A stretch of 20,000 nt of DNA. It comes from an uncultured virus (IMG/VR IMGVR_UViG_3300031227_011830). Lineage: Duplodnaviria; Heunggongvirae; Uroviricota; Caudoviricetes. A program made the translations under genes and the position numbers. The stretch lies in IMG/VR virus record IMGVR_UViG_3300031227_011830; one strand, written 5' to 3'. Below the pieces are notes generated by a model. The model did no database searches. It saw only the letters and a program-made list of their open reading frames with translations, and was not told the DNA's origin. Below, piece after piece: positions 16,897-20,000 of this stretch (position 1 is the first letter of the stretch; each line of letters begins with the position of its first letter).

Positions 16897-17962
16897 ACTT
16901 GTACCTTTCCGCTACCCATGCCGGTGTAACAATGTAAGATTTATCATGCCTGAATACCAATACCTTGTCACTATTATACCGAGCATACGCCGGGTTTACC
17001 GAAGCAATTACGTTCTTCTTGTCAAAAATTCCATAAAAACGCATAAACGCCTTCAAATTGTCATCATCCAAATCAGAAACAACACGCACAACAGCCGTTT
17101 CACTCTTATGTCCTGTCAACTCACGAAACGAATCACTACACCTCACCTCGACTGGAACATAAGTAGACGCATAATGTGTCAATGAAATAGGTTCGTCAGA
17201 AGAGAACACTCCTTCAGGATTCATGACAATATAGATACACTGAGAATCCGTAGGGACTTTCTGCAACATACGACCGTAAAATGACGAATATCCAACACTT
17301 CTACAGGATTCATTCAATGCCGGAATACTCTTTGAAACACTGAAACCCATACGACCCATTCCATCACAAAGCAAATTCGTATCAAACGTCATGTGAGCAT
17401 TATCAGAAACTACTTCTGTGTCAGACTGAGTAAATGAGATACGCCTCGGAATCACTTGCATATCCTGCATCATCCGAATAATGAGCATGCCCAAAGCAGG
17501 CAAAGCATCACTGACTGGAGATACAAAAAACTTGCTTGTGGGGAACTGCCTTGCTGATTCAGATACTGCCAAAGGTGAAAAGTTCTCGCATGATAAACAT
17601 ACTGTCAATTTGCTTGCAATCGCCTTTGCATGCTCAGAATCAATCAAAATACTGCCTTTTAACCCTAAACTATCACGAAACGTGAGAAAAGTAACTAATC
17701 CTTGCTCACAATGCCATAAATTCAAACAGTAATTATGAGAAAAGCCTGATAGGAATGCCGTTGCAGTTATAGCCGCCAACGAAACTTCCGTTGAAATAGA
17801 TTGCCCTTCTAAACTCCCCGAAAGACGACTAGACGAAATCAAGCCATGCGAGATGGAAGGCGGGAAATTATCTGGCATGAAACAACCAACATAAGAAATG
17901 GCCATTTGCTCATCAGAAGAAAACAAATGACCTGTCAGGTTATCATAGCCATAGTATTTCAT
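16886..17962 (-). CDS. Hypothetical protein
   Basis: 358-aa ORF overlapping the dnaE-N start by 11 bp; no motif recognised with confidence. Confidence 0.75.
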   Translation of the reverse strand: MKYYGYDNLTGHLFSSDEQMAISYVGCFMPDNFPPSISHGLISSSRLSGSLEGQSISTEVSLAAITATAFLSGFSHNYCLNLWHCEQGLVTFLTFRDSLGLKGSILIDSEHAKAIASKLTVCLSCENFSPLAVSESARQFPTSKFFVSPVSDALPALGMLIIRMMQDMQVIPRRISFTQSDTEVVSDNAHMTFDTNLLCDGMGRMGFSVSKSIPALNESCRSVGYSSFYGRMLQKVPTDSQCIYIVMNPEGVFSSDEPISLTHYASTYVPVEVRCSDSFRELTGHKSETAVVRVVSDLDDDNLKAFMRFYGIFDKKNVIASVNPAYARYNSDKVLVFRHDKSYIVTPAWVAERYKCES

Positions 17963-17975
17963 GTTTATTGAAACA

Positions 17976-18008
17976 CCGGGCTGGGCAGCGAAATGACACC
18001 CAACCCGG
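17976..18008 (-). terminator. GC-rich hairpin, possible weak intrinsic terminator or mRNA-stabilising stem
   Basis: Minus-strand RNA CCGGGUUGGGUG-UCAUUUCGC-UGCCCAGCCCGG forms a 12-bp stem with three G-U pairs, followed by UGUUUC, about 20 nt after the stop at 18030. Confidence 0.6.
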
Positions 18009-18029
18009 CCTTCGTAAGGGAATGCTTAC

Positions 18030-19259
18030 TTATGCAGTTTCGACTTCAACTCCGTCTTCAACGTCGTCTTCAGAAGACTTACGCGCCGCTCTCTTGACTG
18101 AACGAACAATTGACTGAAAAGTCTTCTCAGATTTCTGCCGCCCAATATCGCCACAAGCGACTACCTTCTCAGCAATAAGCCCAGCAAGGTCATTAGAAGC
18201 AAACTCTGCCTCTGTTACAAGATTATCATACAACTTGCCAATTGCTGAAAGGGTCATCGTAGCAAGATGCTGGTCCGGCTTGAAATCAAACAACTTTGTC
18301 ATAGCGGCTACTACGCCGTTTAAGAATTGCACCGACTTTTTGAGTTCGTTGTCAAACTCAGTTCTTGTTTTCTTAGAATCCCACTTCATGGCAGAACGCC
18401 AAAACGATTTGATACCATTCACAGTTGTCAACGCATCCCCACTGCGATTTGTCAAACTTACGTCAAAATCAAGCTTTCCGCCATGCAACTCTTGATCAAT
18501 AACACTATATGCACTGTACTCAATAGCCTTTGACTTGCTTATTACAACCTTTTCATAAAGCTCGTCACGGTCAATATCAATGTTCCCTCCTGTAGCACGC
18601 AAAATCGCATGTTCTGACTTCTCAAGACCCTGAATCTTACGAGATTCATTAGCCCTGATAACCGCATTCCTTGCTTCCATTAGTGTCATCTCACGTAAGT
18701 CTACAGGAACTTCTACATCAAGACCATACATAAGTGCCAAGAAAGCAAGACGATGACGCCCACTCGTACATTCAAGTGCGTTCCCATTATCCACAACTCT
18801 TGCAACTTCAATGGCAGATGAAACTTTGCCATCTTCAAGAATTGCAACGCCAACCTTTTTGACACCCGCAAGTCCAACTTCCGAACTCAAATTGACCTGA
18901 TTGCGAGCATCCCACTCTTGAGCTAACTCTGCTAAAAGATCATCTTCCGGTGTGCCAAGAAAAACACCTACATCACCAATCTTTACTTTAGAAACATCAC
19001 CTACCCTAGAAAAGAAAAGACTATCCAACTCCGGTAATGCTTCAATCTTGGATTTGCGTAATACCGACTTTGTGAACTTATCACGCGGATTCATTGGCTT
19101 GCGACCACGCTTACGTAAACCACTTGGAACCTTCTCTGCTACTTTTACAGCCTTTTTGGGCCTTTTCTTCGGCACCTCCACTTTCTCTTCAAACTCGTCT
19201 TCAAACTCGTCAAACTCATCGAACTCATCAGATTTGCCTTTTTTGGCCATTTCTTCCAT
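18030..19259 (-). CDS. ParB/Srx- or DGQHR-like domain protein with charged low-complexity termini
   Basis: LECTSGRHRLAFL...VEVPVDL...AVIRANESRK resembles the GxHR/GxxR core. Acidic then basic N-terminus, acidic C-terminal tail, strong SD. Confidence 0.6.
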   Translation of the reverse strand: MEEMAKKGKSDEFDEFDEFEDEFEEKVEVPKKRPKKAVKVAEKVPSGLRKRGRKPMNPRDKFTKSVLRKSKIEALPELDSLFFSRVGDVSKVKIGDVGVFLGTPEDDLLAELAQEWDARNQVNLSSEVGLAGVKKVGVAILEDGKVSSAIEVARVVDNGNALECTSGRHRLAFLALMYGLDVEVPVDLREMTLMEARNAVIRANESRKIQGLEKSEHAILRATGGNIDIDRDELYEKVVISKSKAIEYSAYSVIDQELHGGKLDFDVSLTNRSGDALTTVNGIKSFWRSAMKWDSKKTRTEFDNELKKSVQFLNGVVAAMTKLFDFKPDQHLATMTLSAIGKLYDNLVTEAEFASNDLAGLIAEKVVACGDIGRQKSEKTFQSIVRSVKRAARKSSEDDVEDGVEVETA

Positions 19260-19310
19260 CTCCTAATCTTCCTCCATCACAAAGATACCTCACACAAAAT
19301 CAACACACTT

Positions 19311-19316
19311 ATTATA
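19311..19316 (-). promoter_or_regulatory. Possible sigma70-type -10 element
   Basis: TATAAT in the 89-bp intergenic gap, about 50 bp upstream of the start at 19259; no good -35 at the correct spacing. Confidence 0.3.
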
Positions 19317-19348
19317 CACATTCTTGCTCTGCTTTTTTTGCATTTTGA

Positions 19349-20000
19349 TCAAATTGAACTGTTTTTTGTCGCAATGTAATCCAACACTTCTTGGCGAATG
19401 CCTTTTTGCCGACCTGCTTTCTCAACAAGCTCAAATATGTCAACAGCTTCTTTTTCAAGCTCCATTATGCCACTGACAAACTTGGAAGTGTCCATCCTTG
19501 CCGCATCTCTAACTTCTTCAATGTAATCCACATCGAAAACCTCACCGCCCGGCCTTACATTGTCTAAGAAAACATCCTGTATGTCTACCGGATGACCAAT
19601 CTTGGCAGAAATTATCCCCACTTTGATGCGCCTGTCCATCTCGGTTATCTTACGACGAGAAATGCTGCCTGGATTGTAGAATACAGTGCCGTTTTCTTCG
19701 TGAACCTCAAATCCTGAATGCCAATCACCTGATAAAACTAAATTAAATCCGCAATCAATGTCGCATGTGCGAATGGTCTCATAAGGTAGCTTGCCCATTG
19801 TAATGGTTTTGTGTGCGAGTAGAATGGATTTCTTACGCTTAGTAACCCGCTGCTGTAAACACTCATCAAAATCACTATACCAATGACAAGGATGTAACAC
19901 CGCATCGCCTATGTCTACAGGACCGTCCATAACAAAAAACATCGGACAATGACGCTCAATAAATGCTAAAGTGGACGACTTATACGTTCGTTGATTATGC
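19349..20000 (-). CDS. Calcineurin-like metallophosphoesterase, SbcD/Mre11/T4 gp47-type nuclease subunit (5' end beyond window)
   Basis: ILLAHKTI, LVLSGDWH, FYNPGSISR. The frame is open from 19942 to the window end (HNQRTYKSSTLAFIERHCP-M). Confidence 0.8.
   Translation of the reverse strand, partial: HNQRTYKSSTLAFIERHCPMFFVMDGPVDIGDAVLHPCHWYSDFDECLQQRVTKRKKSILLAHKTITMGKLPYETIRTCDIDCGFNLVLSGDWHSGFEVHEENGTVFYNPGSISRRKITEMDRRIKVGIISAKIGHPVDIQDVFLDNVRPGGEVFDVDYIEEVRDAARMDTSKFVSGIMELEKEAVDIFELVEKAGRQKGIRQEVLDYIATKNSSI

Noticed and set aside
19186..19232. Short tcaaactc(g/a)-type repeats
   Set aside because: Explained by the low-complexity DEF/EDEF coding sequence.
81..19348. Numerous plus-strand ORFs of 60-188 aa
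   Set aside because: All lie antisense to well-supported minus-strand genes and show no recognisable motifs; they are shadow ORFs.

Overview
A gene-dense ~40% GC region in which every convincing gene lies on the minus strand with abutting or overlapping starts and stops. It most likely comes from a large phage or similar element; this is inferred from gene content, as no virion genes are visible. In transcription order (right to left) it encodes a replication module: a partial SbcD/Mre11-type phosphoesterase, a ParB/DGQHR-like protein, a hypothetical protein, and a DNA polymerase III alpha (DnaE) split into two genes. The C-terminal DnaE half carries a 171-aa mini-intein and begins with a degenerate duplicate of the palm-proximal segment, and a broken Zn-finger mini-ORF sits in the gap between the halves. 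Only 11 bp downstream begins a >12 kb cluster of apparently soluble modification enzymes: GalE, about 9-10 glycosyltransferase domains, 5 methyltransferase(-like) domains (one gene frameshifted), a YkgJ-type Cys-cluster protein, and a >1080-aa radical SAM-GT-GT2-GT2-(GT) fusion. That fusion runs off the left edge and is missing from the supplied ORF track. Family assignments come from motif recognition by eye; no database searches were run.
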